Shown here: one piece after another, positions 38,349 through 50,009 of the stretch | Layout of the letters: the number at the start of each line of letters is the position of its first letter | Numbering within the stretch: position 1 is the stretch's first letter | Assembly: GCA_021811235.1 (NCBI GenBank) | Contig: JAJZPG010000014.1 | Location: 5,102 to 69,101 of the forward strand | Direction: 5' to 3' | DNA from: Pseudomonadota bacterium | GTDB lineage: Bacteria > Pseudomonadota > Gammaproteobacteria > Burkholderiales > Thiobacillaceae | Length of the DNA stretch: 64,000 nt | Translations under genes and position numbers: made by a program | Notes under the pieces: generated by a model | The model's input: only the letters and a program-made list of their open reading frames with translations | What the model was told of the DNA's origin: nothing | Databases searched by the model: none

Positions 38349-38558
38349 GTGGACATCCTGCTCCTGCTCATCCCGCTCAGTCTCGTCATCGTCGGCATCA
38401 TCGCCTGGATCATGCTGTGGGCGGCGAAAAGCGGCCAGTTCGACGACCTCGAAGGCCCGGCGCACAGCGTGATCATGGACGACGACAGCCCGCCCAAACC
38501 CCAGGCCGCATCGTCTCCCTCCGGCACCCCCCAATCCGACGACTCCTCCCAGTCCTGA
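38349..38558 (+). CDS. ccoS: cbb3-type oxidase maturation protein CcoS/FixS
   Basis: GTG start; LLLLIPLSL...WAAKSGQFDDLEGPAHSVIMDDD. Confidence 0.92.
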   Translation: MDILLLLIPLSLVIVGIIAWIMLWAAKSGQFDDLEGPAHSVIMDDDSPPKPQAASSPSGTPQSDDSSQS

Positions 38559-38609
38559 ACGGATCGATCGCCTAGGCTGTGAGCAGCCCTCCCTGAACAG
38601 CGCCGCGAC

Positions 38610-39233
38610 ATGAACCTGCCCATCCTCTGGTATTTCGCCGACCCCATGTGTTCGTGGTGCTGGGGATTTTCGCCGGTGATCGAAACGCTGCGCGAGCACG
38701 ATCGCGATCGCATGAAAATCGCGCTGGTGCTGGGCGGGCTGAGGCACGAGACGGCGCCGATGCCGGCCGCCCAGCGCGACGATATCCTGCATCACTGGCA
38801 CGCGGTGCACGAACGCACCGGCCAGGCCTTCCGCTTCGACGGCGCGCTGCCCGATGGCTTCGTGTACGACACCGAGCCCGCCTGCCGCGCGGTGGTGGCG
38901 ATGGGCGGACTCGACCCTGCGCTGATCTTCGCCCTGTTCAAGGCGATCCAGACCGCGTTCTACGCCGAAGGGCGCGATGTCACCCAAGCGGACGTGCTGG
39001 CCGGCCTCGCCGCCGGGCTCGGCGTCGAGGCCGCACGCTTCCGGCAGGCATTCGACAGCGACGACGCCCGCGCCAGGACCCAGGCGCATTTCCGGCAGAC
39101 GCGCCAGGCCTGCGTGCGCGGCTTCCCCACCCTGATCCTGCAACAGGACACGCAGCTGCATACGGTGAGCACCGGCTGCGAGACGCTCGACTCGGTGCGC
39201 GACGCGATCGCACGGCATCTGCCACCCGCATGA
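38610..39233 (+). CDS. DsbA-family thioredoxin-fold protein
   Basis: DPMCSWCWGF, YDTEPACRA, VRGFPTL. Confidence 0.85.
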   Translation: MNLPILWYFADPMCSWCWGFSPVIETLREHDRDRMKIALVLGGLRHETAPMPAAQRDDILHHWHAVHERTGQAFRFDGALPDGFVYDTEPACRAVVAMGGLDPALIFALFKAIQTAFYAEGRDVTQADVLAGLAAGLGVEAARFRQAFDSDDARARTQAHFRQTRQACVRGFPTLILQQDTQLHTVSTGCETLDSVRDAIARHLPPA

Positions 39234-39255
39234 CAGCAGCCACGGTCGCATTGCC

Positions 39256-39304
39256 CCGTTCGCATGGGCTCTTCGACCTTGCTCAGGACAAGCCTGTCGA
39301 AGCG
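39256..39304 (+). repeat. Nested CTTCGAC/GCTCAG REP element (intergenic)
   Basis: CCGTTCGCATGGGCTCTTCGACCTTGCTCAGGACAAGCCTGTCGAAG. Confidence 0.75.
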
Positions 39305-39392
39305 CCGCACCGATCGCCAGGCGGCGTCGACCGGGTTGGGCTGCAAGCCGCCCGCCAGTAGAATCCCCCTACCATTTGCCTGGAGCGCCCCG

Positions 39393-40109
39393 ATGACCCG
39401 CCTCTCCCTCATGTCCACCACGCTGTTTCTCGGCGCGCTGCTGCTCGGCATCTCCGGCTGCAGCGCCCAGGAACCCGGCAAGCAGACCGTCTCCACCGCG
39501 CCCGCCGCCGGCCAGCCGGCCAATCCGCGCGTGCTGATCGAGACCAGCAAGGGCACCATCACCGTCGAGGTGTTCCCCGGCAATGCGCCGAAATCGGCGG
39601 CGAATTTCCTCGATTACGTGAAGCGCGGCTACTACGACGGCACGATCTTCCACCGCGTCATCCCGGGCTTCATGATCCAGGGCGGCGGCATGCTGCCGGA
39701 CATGCGTGAAAAACCGCGCGGCACCCCGATCGAGAACGAGGCCGACAACGGCCTCAAGAACCTGCGCGGCACCCTGGCAATGGCGCGCACCGGCGACCCG
39801 CATTCAGCAACCTCGCAGTTCTTCGTCAACGTCGCCGACAACTATTTCCTCAACCACCGCGGCAAGAGCGTCGAAGGCTGGGGCTACGCCGTATTCGGCC
39901 AGGTGGTCGACGGCATGGACGTGGTCGACGCCATCGTCGCCGTGCCGCGCGGCAATCGCGGCCCGCACGACGACGTTCCCATCGAACCCATCGTGATGCA
40001 GCGCGTCACCCTGCTGCCCACGGCCGCGCCCGCCGTTCGGCCTGAGCCCTTCGACAAAGCTCAGGACAGGCCTGTCGAAGGCCAAAATCCCGCAAGCCAG
40101 AACAAATAA
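39393..40109 (+). CDS. ppiA: Cyclophilin-type peptidyl-prolyl isomerase (lipoprotein)
   Basis: Lipobox [49 protein letters not shown]. Confidence 0.9.
   Translation: MTRLSLMSTTLFLGALLLGISGCSAQEPGKQTVSTAPAAGQPANPRVLIETSKGTITVEVFPGNAPKSAANFLDYVKRGYYDGTIFHRVIPGFMIQGGGMLPDMREKPRGTPIENEADNGLKNLRGTLAMARTGDPHSATSQFFVNVADNYFLNHRGKSVEGWGYAVFGQVVDGMDVVDAIVAVPRGNRGPHDDVPIEPIVMQRVTLLPTAAPAVRPEPFDKAQDRPVEGQNPASQNK
40033..40081 (+). repeat. Nested CTTCGAC/GCTCAG REP element translated as the cyclophilin C-terminus
   Basis: CCGTTCGGCCTGAGCCCTTCGACAAAGCTCAGGACAGGCCTGTCGAAGG; reads [16 protein letters not shown]. Confidence 0.8.
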
Positions 40110-40117
40110 GGCCCGTC

Positions 40118-41044
40118 CTGAACGCTTCCACCAAACTCCTGCTGCTCGGCCTCGCTGCGCCCACATCGATCGCGCTCGCCCTGCTGGCCGGCGCGCTGCC
40201 CGCCGACCGCGAACTAGCGATGCAGATTCTCACCGAACTGCGCGGTCCTCGCGTCGCAGCCGCCTTCGCCTGCGGCGGCCTGCTGGCGCTCGCCGGCGCG
40301 CTGATGCAGACCCTGTTCCGCAACCCGCTCGCCGAGCCCTACCTGCTCGGCGTCTCCGGCGGCGCGGGCCTCCTGGCGCTGCTCGGCATGGCGGCAGGGC
40401 TGGCGTGGCCCTGGATCTCCCTGCTCGCCTTCGCCGGCAGCCTGCTCGCGCTCGGCCTTGCCGCCGCATTGGGCGGCCGCATGCTGGCACGCGACCACAC
40501 CCCGCTCCTGCTCGCCGGCGTCATGCTCGCCGCCGGCTTCGGCGCGCTGATCGCGCTGGTATTGAGCGTCGCGCCGGCCGAGCGCCTGCCCGGCATGCTG
40601 TTCTTCCTGATGGGCGACCTCGCCTGGACCGGCAACGCGCCGCTTCTCCTGGCCGCGCTGGGGCTTGCCATCGCCGCCGCGCTGGCGCTGTCGCGCCGGC
40701 TCGACGTGCTGCAGCTGTCGCCGCTCAAGGCCGCGTCGCTCGGCGTCGCCGTCGCCCCCACGCGCTGGACGCTGTTCGGGCTGGCCGGCGCCTGCACCTC
40801 ATTGGTGGTGGCGCAGGCCGGCAGCATCGGCTTCGTCGGCCTGATGGTGCCGCACGCGTTGAGGAAGCTCGGCTTTACCGGCCACCGCGTCCTGCTGCCC
40901 GCCGCCGCGCTCGCCGGCGGCAGCCTCTTGGTACTCGCCGACGCGCTGGCGCGCACCGTGATCGAGCCGCGCGAACTGCCGGTGGGCGTGCTGACTGCGC
41001 TGCTCGGGGTGCCGATGATGTTGTGGTTGCTGCGCAGGCCATGA
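40118..41044 (+). CDS. FecCD/BtuC-family ABC permease
   Basis: LRGPRV..A...G..LA.AG..MQ.LFRNPLAEPYLLGVSGGA, GSIGFVGLMVPH, ELPVGVLT. The frame stays open upstream of ATG 40220 to CTG 40118; the start is uncertain. Confidence 0.88.
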   Translation: MNASTKLLLLGLAAPTSIALALLAGALPADRELAMQILTELRGPRVAAAFACGGLLALAGALMQTLFRNPLAEPYLLGVSGGAGLLALLGMAAGLAWPWISLLAFAGSLLALGLAAALGGRMLARDHTPLLLAGVMLAAGFGALIALVLSVAPAERLPGMLFFLMGDLAWTGNAPLLLAALGLAIAAALALSRRLDVLQLSPLKAASLGVAVAPTRWTLFGLAGACTSLVVAQAGSIGFVGLMVPHALRKLGFTGHRVLLPAAALAGGSLLVLADALARTVIEPRELPVGVLTALLGVPMMLWLLRRP

Positions 41045-41045
41045 G

Positions 41046-41913
41046 ATGACAGATGCCGCAGCAGAACTACTGTCTAATTTTCGTTAGGCGTCTTGAATTT
41101 TCTGGGCTCACACTCAATGACGATAGAGCGAAAAAAACTACTGCAACAAGAGCCGCGTCTCATTGAGAGGTATGTGCGCTTGCAAATGCACAGGAACGCC
41201 AAACGGGCATCTCGGTTCATCATGCGGCGAGTGCTTACGCTCAAAGAGAAGGAAAGAGAAAGAGCTATCGCGAACACTCTTGCTGAGGTTGCGAAGCAGG
41301 CAGCAAAAAGTCGGAGGTATAAATTTGAGTCATCAGCCGCCCTTTTCAACCTCGCCCTGTTCTTTCTTATTGCCGATAGAGATATTCAAGCCGTAAAGAT
41401 TGACGCACTTACACATCCAGACCCCTGGAAGCGTCAGCTTTGTGCCCGAATTATTCTCCTGACAATTCATGAACTCGACATGGACAAAGTGGCCGGAGGA
41501 AAATTACGAGCTGCGCTTGCGAATGCGGGGGTTTCTGAGGAAGCAAAACGTCAAGCTACGCAAGCATTGCGGTCCATTCGTAGTTCGCAGCAGAAAGCGC
41601 AAAAGCAGTTCGTTATTCTACGGAACGCTACTATTGCACATAGAGACCCGGACGCTCTCCTACAGTACCGTTCAATAACGCAAATCGATGAGATCGAAGT
41701 ACTTCGAATTGCCAGCGATTTCTATGATGGCACCCGTTTGTTCCTTGACGTTCTACCGAACCTAGTGCTCCAAGCGGGCGCGTGGTCTGGACTCCTTAAC
41801 CAATTAAGGGCTCGCTCGAACATGAATGCCGAGGAGCCCAATGTATAAATTCGATCAACACAAGCCACACCCAACATTGCAGGGAGCTTGGTGCATAACC
41901 CCCACTAACAACT
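41046..41913. mobile_element. 868-bp AT-rich insert bounded by a 9-bp direct repeat
   Basis: GGCCATGAG at 41037-41045 and 41914-41922. G+C is 25/60 and 31/60 in two sampled lines versus 43/60 in the flank. No transposase or terminal inverted repeats. Confidence 0.75.
41117..41848 (+). CDS. Hypothetical helical protein with a HEPN-like RNATIAH motif
   Basis: Single long ORF filling the insert (alternative TTG start at 41093); R-N-x3-A-H at 41621-41641. Confidence 0.65.
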   Translation: MTIERKKLLQQEPRLIERYVRLQMHRNAKRASRFIMRRVLTLKEKERERAIANTLAEVAKQAAKSRRYKFESSAALFNLALFFLIADRDIQAVKIDALTHPDPWKRQLCARIILLTIHELDMDKVAGGKLRAALANAGVSEEAKRQATQALRSIRSSQQKAQKQFVILRNATIAHRDPDALLQYRSITQIDEIEVLRIASDFYDGTRLFLDVLPNLVLQAGAWSGLLNQLRARSNMNAEEPNV

Positions 41914-41917
41914 GGCC

Positions 41918-42652
41918 ATGAGCCTGACCACCCAACAACTCTCCCTCCGCACCGGCACCCGCGCCTTGGTCGACACCCTCGACCTCGCGCTCGAACCCGG
42001 CGAAGTCCTCGGCATCCTCGGTGCCAACGGCGCCGGCAAGTCGACGCTGCTGACGGTGCTGGCCGGCCTCGCGCGGCCTGCGCAGGGGCAGGTCTTGCTT
42101 GACGGCCAATCGCTCGCCGACCTGCCGCCGCTCACCCGCGCGCAGCACATCGGCCTACTGCCACAGGGCGACGAAGGCGGCTTCTTTGGCAGCGTCGCCG
42201 ACTTCGTCGCGCTCGGGCATTTCCCCTTCAGTGGGCCAGTGCCTGATCTCGCCCCGCACCTCGCCGCCTGGGAACTCACCGATCTCGCTAACCGCCCGCT
42301 CGACACCCTCTCCGGTGGCGAGCGCCAGCGCGCACGGCTGGCGCAGCTGGCGGTGCAGCAGCCGCGCATCGCGCTGCTCGACGAGCCGCTGACCCATCTC
42401 GACCCGGCGCATCAGGCGCGCCTCTTGGCCTGGGCGCGCAGCGAGGCCGACGCCGGGAGGACGGTGGTACTGACGCTGCACGACCCCAACTGGGCCGCCT
42501 GCCACTGCGACCGCCTGCTGTTCCTGCACGGCGACGGCCGCTGGCAGCTGGGCACGCCTGCCGGGCTGCTGACGCCGGACTCGCTCGAAGCCCTGTATGG
42601 CCCCGGAACGGCTGCGCTGTGGCGGCAGGGCGGCCGGGGCCAGACTGTATAA
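41918..42652 (+). CDS. FecE/BtuD-family ABC ATP-binding protein
   Basis: GANGAGKS, LSGGERQR, LLDEP, LHD. Confidence 0.92.
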   Translation: MSLTTQQLSLRTGTRALVDTLDLALEPGEVLGILGANGAGKSTLLTVLAGLARPAQGQVLLDGQSLADLPPLTRAQHIGLLPQGDEGGFFGSVADFVALGHFPFSGPVPDLAPHLAAWELTDLANRPLDTLSGGERQRARLAQLAVQQPRIALLDEPLTHLDPAHQARLLAWARSEADAGRTVVLTLHDPNWAACHCDRLLFLHGDGRWQLGTPAGLLTPDSLEALYGPGTAALWRQGGRGQTV

Positions 42653-42693
42653 TCGCGCTTTAGGTTTTTGAGGTCCCTGTCCGCGCGCTCCCC

Positions 42694-44085
42694 ATGATCC
42701 GTCGCATCATCAACAAAGTATTCGGCCGCAAGCCCCGCGTCGCCTCCAAGGGCGTGCACATCCTGCCGCTCGCCGCGCACGGCATCCGCCGCGACCAGCT
42801 CGACGACTGCGCGCTCAAGGTCTGCGAGACCCTGTCCGCCTCCGGATTCAAGGGGTACGTGGTCGGCGGCGCGGTGCGCGACCTGCTGGTGGGCAAGACG
42901 CCCAAGGATTTCGACGTCGCCACCGACGCCACCCCGGAAGAGGTGCGGCGCCTGTTCCGCCGCTCGCGCATCATCGGCCGCCGCTTCCAGATCGTGCACG
43001 TGATGTGCGGGCGCGAGACCATCGAGGTCACCACTTTCCGCTCCAACGGCCAGAAGGAAGTCGAGGACGAGGACGAGCAGTCTGCCGGCGGCAAGTCGCC
43101 GGCAGAGCACAAGCGCCAGACCGACGAGCACGGCCGGCTGCTGTCCGACAACGTGTTCGGCAGCATGGAGGACGACGCCGCGCGGCGCGACTTCACCATC
43201 AACGCCTTGTACTACGACCCCGCGCGCGAGGAAGTGCACGACTATTTCGGCGGCGTGGCCGACTGCAAGGCGCGCATGCTGCGCATGATCGGCGACCCCG
43301 AGACGCGCTTCCGCGAGGATCCGGTGCGCATGCTGCGCGCCGCGCGTTTCGCCGCCAAGCTCGACTTCCACATCGACGAGGCGACGCGCAAGCCGGTCGC
43401 CACGCTGGCGCCGCTCTTGGCCAACATTCCGCGCGCGCGCATCTTCGACGAGGCGCTGAAACTGCTGCTGTCCGGCCACGCCCTGCGCGGCGTACACCAG
43501 CTGCGCGCCGAGGGCCTGCACCACGGCATGCTGCCGCTGCTCGACACCATCCTCGACGACCCCACCGGCGAGCGCTTCATCAACGCCGCGCTGAAGAGCA
43601 CCGACGAGCGCATCCAGTCCGACCGCCCGTCGTCGCCCGCCTTCCTCTTCGCCACCCTGCTGTGGCCGCAGGTGGTGAAGCGCTGGCACGCGCTCGAGGC
43701 CGCCGGCGAACGGCCGCAACCCGCCCTGTTCGTGGCGATGGACGAGGTGCTCGACGCACAGCGCAGCCAGCTCGCCATCCCGCGCCGCTACGACGGCATG
43801 ATGAAGGAGATCTGGGGGCTGCAGCCGCGCTTCGAGCAACGCGGCGGGCAGCGCCCGTACCGTCTGCTGGAGCATCCGCGTTTCCGCGCCGCCTACGACT
43901 TCCTGCTGCTGCGCGCGGAATCCGGCGAGGTGGACCGCGAACTCGGCGACTGGTGGACGCGCTTCCAGGACGCCGATGAAGACGAGCGTGCGGGCATGCT
44001 GATGGCCGACAGCGGGCCCAAGCCGCGCCGCCGCCGCAAGCGCAGGAAGCCGGGCGAGACCGGCGGCGAGGCGCAGCCGGCATGA
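42694..44085 (+). CDS. pcnB: Poly(A) polymerase I
   Basis: VGGAVRDLL..K.PKDFDVAT, RIIGRRF, RRDFTINALYY, EDPVRMLRA, HPRFRAAYDFL; TATAAT at 42648-42653. Confidence 0.97.
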   Translation: MIRRIINKVFGRKPRVASKGVHILPLAAHGIRRDQLDDCALKVCETLSASGFKGYVVGGAVRDLLVGKTPKDFDVATDATPEEVRRLFRRSRIIGRRFQIVHVMCGRETIEVTTFRSNGQKEVEDEDEQSAGGKSPAEHKRQTDEHGRLLSDNVFGSMEDDAARRDFTINALYYDPAREEVHDYFGGVADCKARMLRMIGDPETRFREDPVRMLRAARFAAKLDFHIDEATRKPVATLAPLLANIPRARIFDEALKLLLSGHALRGVHQLRAEGLHHGMLPLLDTILDDPTGERFINAALKSTDERIQSDRPSSPAFLFATLLWPQVVKRWHALEAAGERPQPALFVAMDEVLDAQRSQLAIPRRYDGMMKEIWGLQPRFEQRGGQRPYRLLEHPRFRAAYDFLLLRAESGEVDRELGDWWTRFQDADEDERAGMLMADSGPKPRRRRKRRKPGETGGEAQPA

Positions 44086-44588
44086 AAGTGATCGCCACCA
44101 TCGGACTGGGCGCCAACCTCAACGACCCGGCCGCGCAGGTGGAGTACGCCCTGGCCGAGCTCGACCGCCTGCCCGACACGAAGCTGCTCGCGCGTTCCAG
44201 CCTGTATGCCTCGGCACCGGTCGGCTACGTCGACCAGCCCGACTTCATCAACGCGGTGGCCCAGGTCGAAACCGGACTCGCGCCGCGCGCCCTGCTCGCC
44301 GCGTTGCTCGATATCGAGCACCGCCACGGCCGCGAGCGCAGCTTCCGCAACGCGCCGCGCACGCTCGACCTCGACCTGCTGCTCTACGGCGGCGCGCATT
44401 TCCACGAGGAAGGCCTGACGCTGCCTCATCCGCGCATGCACGAACGCGGCTTCGTGCTGCTGCCGCTGCTGGAAATCGCGCCCGACACCGCGATCCCCGG
44501 CCGCGGCCGCGCCGCCGACTGGCTCGCCGCCTGCGACGATCAGCAGGTCGTCGCCCTGCCCCCACCTCCTGCCGCCGTCAACGCATGA
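44082..44588 (+). CDS. folK: 2-amino-4-hydroxy-6-hydroxymethyldihydropteridine pyrophosphokinase
   Basis: IGLGANL, QPDFINAV, RTLDLDLL, LPHPRM.ER.FVL.PL. Confidence 0.97.
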   Translation: MKVIATIGLGANLNDPAAQVEYALAELDRLPDTKLLARSSLYASAPVGYVDQPDFINAVAQVETGLAPRALLAALLDIEHRHGRERSFRNAPRTLDLDLLLYGGAHFHEEGLTLPHPRMHERGFVLLPLLEIAPDTAIPGRGRAADWLAACDDQQVVALPPPPAAVNA

Positions 44589-45226
44589 CCCTGTCCCGCT
44601 ATCGCTACCTCGTCGTCGAAGGCCCGATCGGTGCCGGCAAGACCAGCCTCACCCACAAGCTGGCCGAGCGCCTGGAGGCCGACACCCTGCTGGAAAACGC
44701 CAGCGACAATCCCTTCCTGCCGCGCTTCTACCAGGAGCCCAGGCGCTACGCGCTGCCGGCGCAGCTGCACTTCCTGTTCGACCGCACGCGCCAGCTGCGC
44801 GATCTGGCGCAGGGCGACCTGTTCCGCGCCGGCACGGTGTCGGACTTCCTGATCGACAAGGACATGCTGTTCGCGCGCATGAACCTCGACGACGACGAGT
44901 TCGAGCTGTACCAGAAGGTCTACGCCGACCTCGCGCCGCAGGCGCCGACGCCCGACCTGGTGATCTACCTGCAGGCGCCGATCGATGCGCTGCAGGAACG
45001 CGTGCGCCGCCGCGGCGTCGAATACGAGCGCAGCATGGACGCGGCCTACCTGCAGCGTCTGGCCAACAGCTACAGCGAGTTCTTCCACCGCTACGACGCG
45101 GCGCCGCTGCTGATCGTCAACACCACGAACCTCAACTTCGCGCAGAGCGAGGCCGACTTCGAACTGCTGCTCGAGCGCATCGAAAAGATGCGCGGCCCGC
45201 GCGAGTTCTTCAGCCGGGCGGCCTGA
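44585..45226 (+). CDS. Deoxynucleoside kinase family protein
   Basis: [20 protein letters not shown]...KD, PDLVIYL, RRG..YE. Confidence 0.9.
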   Translation: MTLSRYRYLVVEGPIGAGKTSLTHKLAERLEADTLLENASDNPFLPRFYQEPRRYALPAQLHFLFDRTRQLRDLAQGDLFRAGTVSDFLIDKDMLFARMNLDDDEFELYQKVYADLAPQAPTPDLVIYLQAPIDALQERVRRRGVEYERSMDAAYLQRLANSYSEFFHRYDAAPLLIVNTTNLNFAQSEADFELLLERIEKMRGPREFFSRAA

Positions 45227-45227
45227 G

Positions 45228-46016
45228 ATGAACGTCACCCTCTCCACCCTCAAGGCGATGCGCAACAACGGCGAGAAGATCGCCGTGCTCACCTGCTACG
45301 ACGCCAGCTTCGCGCGCGTGCTCTGCGCCGCCGGGGTCGACGTGCTGCTGGTCGGCGACTCGCTCGGCATGGTGGTGCAGGGCCACGACTCGACGCTGCC
45401 GGTGAAGCTCGCCGAGATGACCTACCACACGCGCTGCGTCGCCGCCGGCACCGAGCGTGCCTTCATCGTCGCCGACCTGCCCTTCGGCAGCTACCAGCCC
45501 TCGCCTGCGCACGCGTTCTCGGCCTCCGCCCGGCTGATGGCGGCGGGCGCGCACATGGTCAAGCTGGAAGGCGGCGCGGTGATGGTCGACACCGTTGCCT
45601 TCCTCACCCAGCGCGGCATTCCGGTGTGCGCGCACCTCGGCCTGCTGCCGCAGTCGGTCAACCAGCTCGGCGGCTACCGGGTGCAGGGGCGCGACGACGC
45701 GGCCGCCGCGCAGCTGATCGCCGACGCGCGCGCGCTGGAAGCCGCGGGCGCCGGCCTGATCGTGCTGGAGATGGTACCCGCCGCCCTGGCAAAAACCGTC
45801 ACCGAGGCGCTGACGATTCCCACCATCGGCATCGGGGCGGGAGGCGACTGCTCGGGCCAGGTGCTGGTGCTGTACGACATGCTGGGGCTGTATCCGCGCG
45901 CACCGAAATTCTCGAAGAACTTCCTCGCCGGCGCCGACGGCATCGAGGCGGCGGCGCGCGCCTACGTCACGGCGGTGAAGGACGGCAGCTTCCCGGCTCC
46001 CGAACACAGCTTCTGA
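45228..46016 (+). CDS. panB: 3-methyl-2-oxobutanoate hydroxymethyltransferase
   Basis: [40 protein letters not shown]. Confidence 0.97.
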   Translation: MNVTLSTLKAMRNNGEKIAVLTCYDASFARVLCAAGVDVLLVGDSLGMVVQGHDSTLPVKLAEMTYHTRCVAAGTERAFIVADLPFGSYQPSPAHAFSASARLMAAGAHMVKLEGGAVMVDTVAFLTQRGIPVCAHLGLLPQSVNQLGGYRVQGRDDAAAAQLIADARALEAAGAGLIVLEMVPAALAKTVTEALTIPTIGIGAGGDCSGQVLVLYDMLGLYPRAPKFSKNFLAGADGIEAAARAYVTAVKDGSFPAPEHSF

Positions 46017-46861
46017 TGCAGGTCGTCCACACCGCAACCGAGCTGCGCGCCGCGCTCGCCGGCGCCACCGAGACCGCCTTCGTGCCCACCATGGGCAATC
46101 TGCACGCCGGGCACATCGCGCTGGTCGAGCGGGCAAAGCGGCTCGGCCGCCCGGTGGTCGCGAGCATCTTCGTCAACCCGCTGCAGTTCGGCGCCGGCGA
46201 GGACTTCGAGCGCTATCCGCGCACCCTCGCCGCCGACTGCGGGAAGCTCGAAGCCGCCGGCTGCGACTTGGTATTCGCGCCCGACGTCGCCGAAATGTAT
46301 CCGGTGCCGCAGACCTATGCCGTGCACGTGCCCGAGGCCATGGCGAACGACCTCTGCGGCGCCTTCCGACCCGGCCATTTCAGCGGCGTGGCGACGGTGG
46401 TGCTGAAGCTCTTCAACCTGGTGCAGCCGCGCGTCGCGGTGTTCGGCAAGAAGGATTTCCAGCAGCTGCAGGTGATCCGCGACCTGGTGCGCCAGTTCAA
46501 CCTGCCGCTCGACATCGAGGGCGTCGACACCCTGCGCGAAGCCGACGGCCTGGCGATGAGTTCGCGCAACGGTTATCTGTCGGCGGCCGAACGCATGCAG
46601 GCGCCGCAGCTGCAGCGCGAGCTCGCCGCCATCGCCGCCGCCATCCTGGCCGGCGAACGCGATTTCGCGGCGCTCACGGCGACCGCGCGACGCCACCTCA
46701 ACATGGCGGGCTGGCGCGTCGATTACGTCGAGCTGCGCGACGCCGCGACCCTCGCGGTGCCGACGGCAGACAGCCGGCGCCTGGTCGTGCTGGGTGCGGC
46801 CTGGCTGGGCTCGACCCGCCTGATCGACAACCTCGATTTCGCTCCCGACGCAGACCGCTGA
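46016..46861 (+). CDS. panC: Pantoate-beta-alanine ligase
   Basis: FVPTMGNLHAGH, SIFVNPLQF, RPGHF.GV, FGKKDFQQ, DGLAMSSRN, RLIDN. Confidence 0.97.
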   Translation: MQVVHTATELRAALAGATETAFVPTMGNLHAGHIALVERAKRLGRPVVASIFVNPLQFGAGEDFERYPRTLAADCGKLEAAGCDLVFAPDVAEMYPVPQTYAVHVPEAMANDLCGAFRPGHFSGVATVVLKLFNLVQPRVAVFGKKDFQQLQVIRDLVRQFNLPLDIEGVDTLREADGLAMSSRNGYLSAAERMQAPQLQRELAAIAAAILAGERDFAALTATARRHLNMAGWRVDYVELRDAATLAVPTADSRRLVVLGAAWLGSTRLIDNLDFAPDADR

Positions 46862-46940
46862 AGCGGGTGAACCGCCTTGGGGAATCCGGGTCAAAGAAAG
46901 TATAATGTTCGTCCTTTTTTGTGATTGAGAGGGCACCGTC

Positions 46941-47321
46941 ATGCAAAGAACGATGCTCAAGTCCAAGCTGCACCGGGCGACCGTCACGCATTCCGAGCTG
47001 CATTACGAAGGCTCCTGCGCGATCGACGAAACCCTGCTGGACGCGGCCAACATCCACGAGTACGAGCAGATCCAGATCTACAACGTCACCAATGGCGAGC
47101 GCTTCACCACCTACGCCATCCGTGCGGCGCGCGATTCGGGGATCATCTCGGTGAACGGCGCCGCCGCGCACAAGGCGAACCCGGGCGACCTCGTGATCAT
47201 CGCCACCTATGCGACGTACAACGAACTGGAGCTGGCGCGCTACGCGCCGGAACTGGTCTACGTCGACGCCGACAACCGCATCATGGACACGCGCCGGGCG
47301 ATTCCGGTGCAGGCGGCATAA
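46941..47321 (+). CDS. panD: Aspartate 1-decarboxylase
   Basis: [31 protein letters not shown]; TATAAT at 46901-46906. Confidence 0.98.
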   Translation: MQRTMLKSKLHRATVTHSELHYEGSCAIDETLLDAANIHEYEQIQIYNVTNGERFTTYAIRAARDSGIISVNGAAAHKANPGDLVIIATYATYNELELARYAPELVYVDADNRIMDTRRAIPVQAA

Positions 47322-47340
47322 AGCGAATGGAATCGGAATG

Positions 47341-47368
47341 AAAAAGGCCGGGGGGACCCGGCCTTTTT
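47341..47368. terminator. Bidirectional intrinsic terminator between panD and glgP
   Basis: AAAAAGGCCGGG-GGGA-CCCGGCCTTTTT. Confidence 0.9.
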
Positions 47369-47523
47369 CATTCGGCATCTCGACTGACTTGTTCTGAATC
47401 GCTCCCAGCTTACCAGACACCTTTGAGCCTTAAATTTGCGTGCCCGAAATGGCCGACACGCCTCACTCAGCACACGCCATCCATTTCTGACTGACCACCT
47501 CGCCTATTACGCGTCTGCCAGTC

Positions 47524-49992
<2,469 letters not shown>

Positions 49993-50009
49993 GGCGGTTC
50001 CCGCTGGGT

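Noticed and set aside
41046-41913. Classification of the insert as an IS element
   Set aside because: There are no terminal inverted repeats and no DDE, HUH or recombinase motif in the ORF; only the flanking duplication is IS-like.
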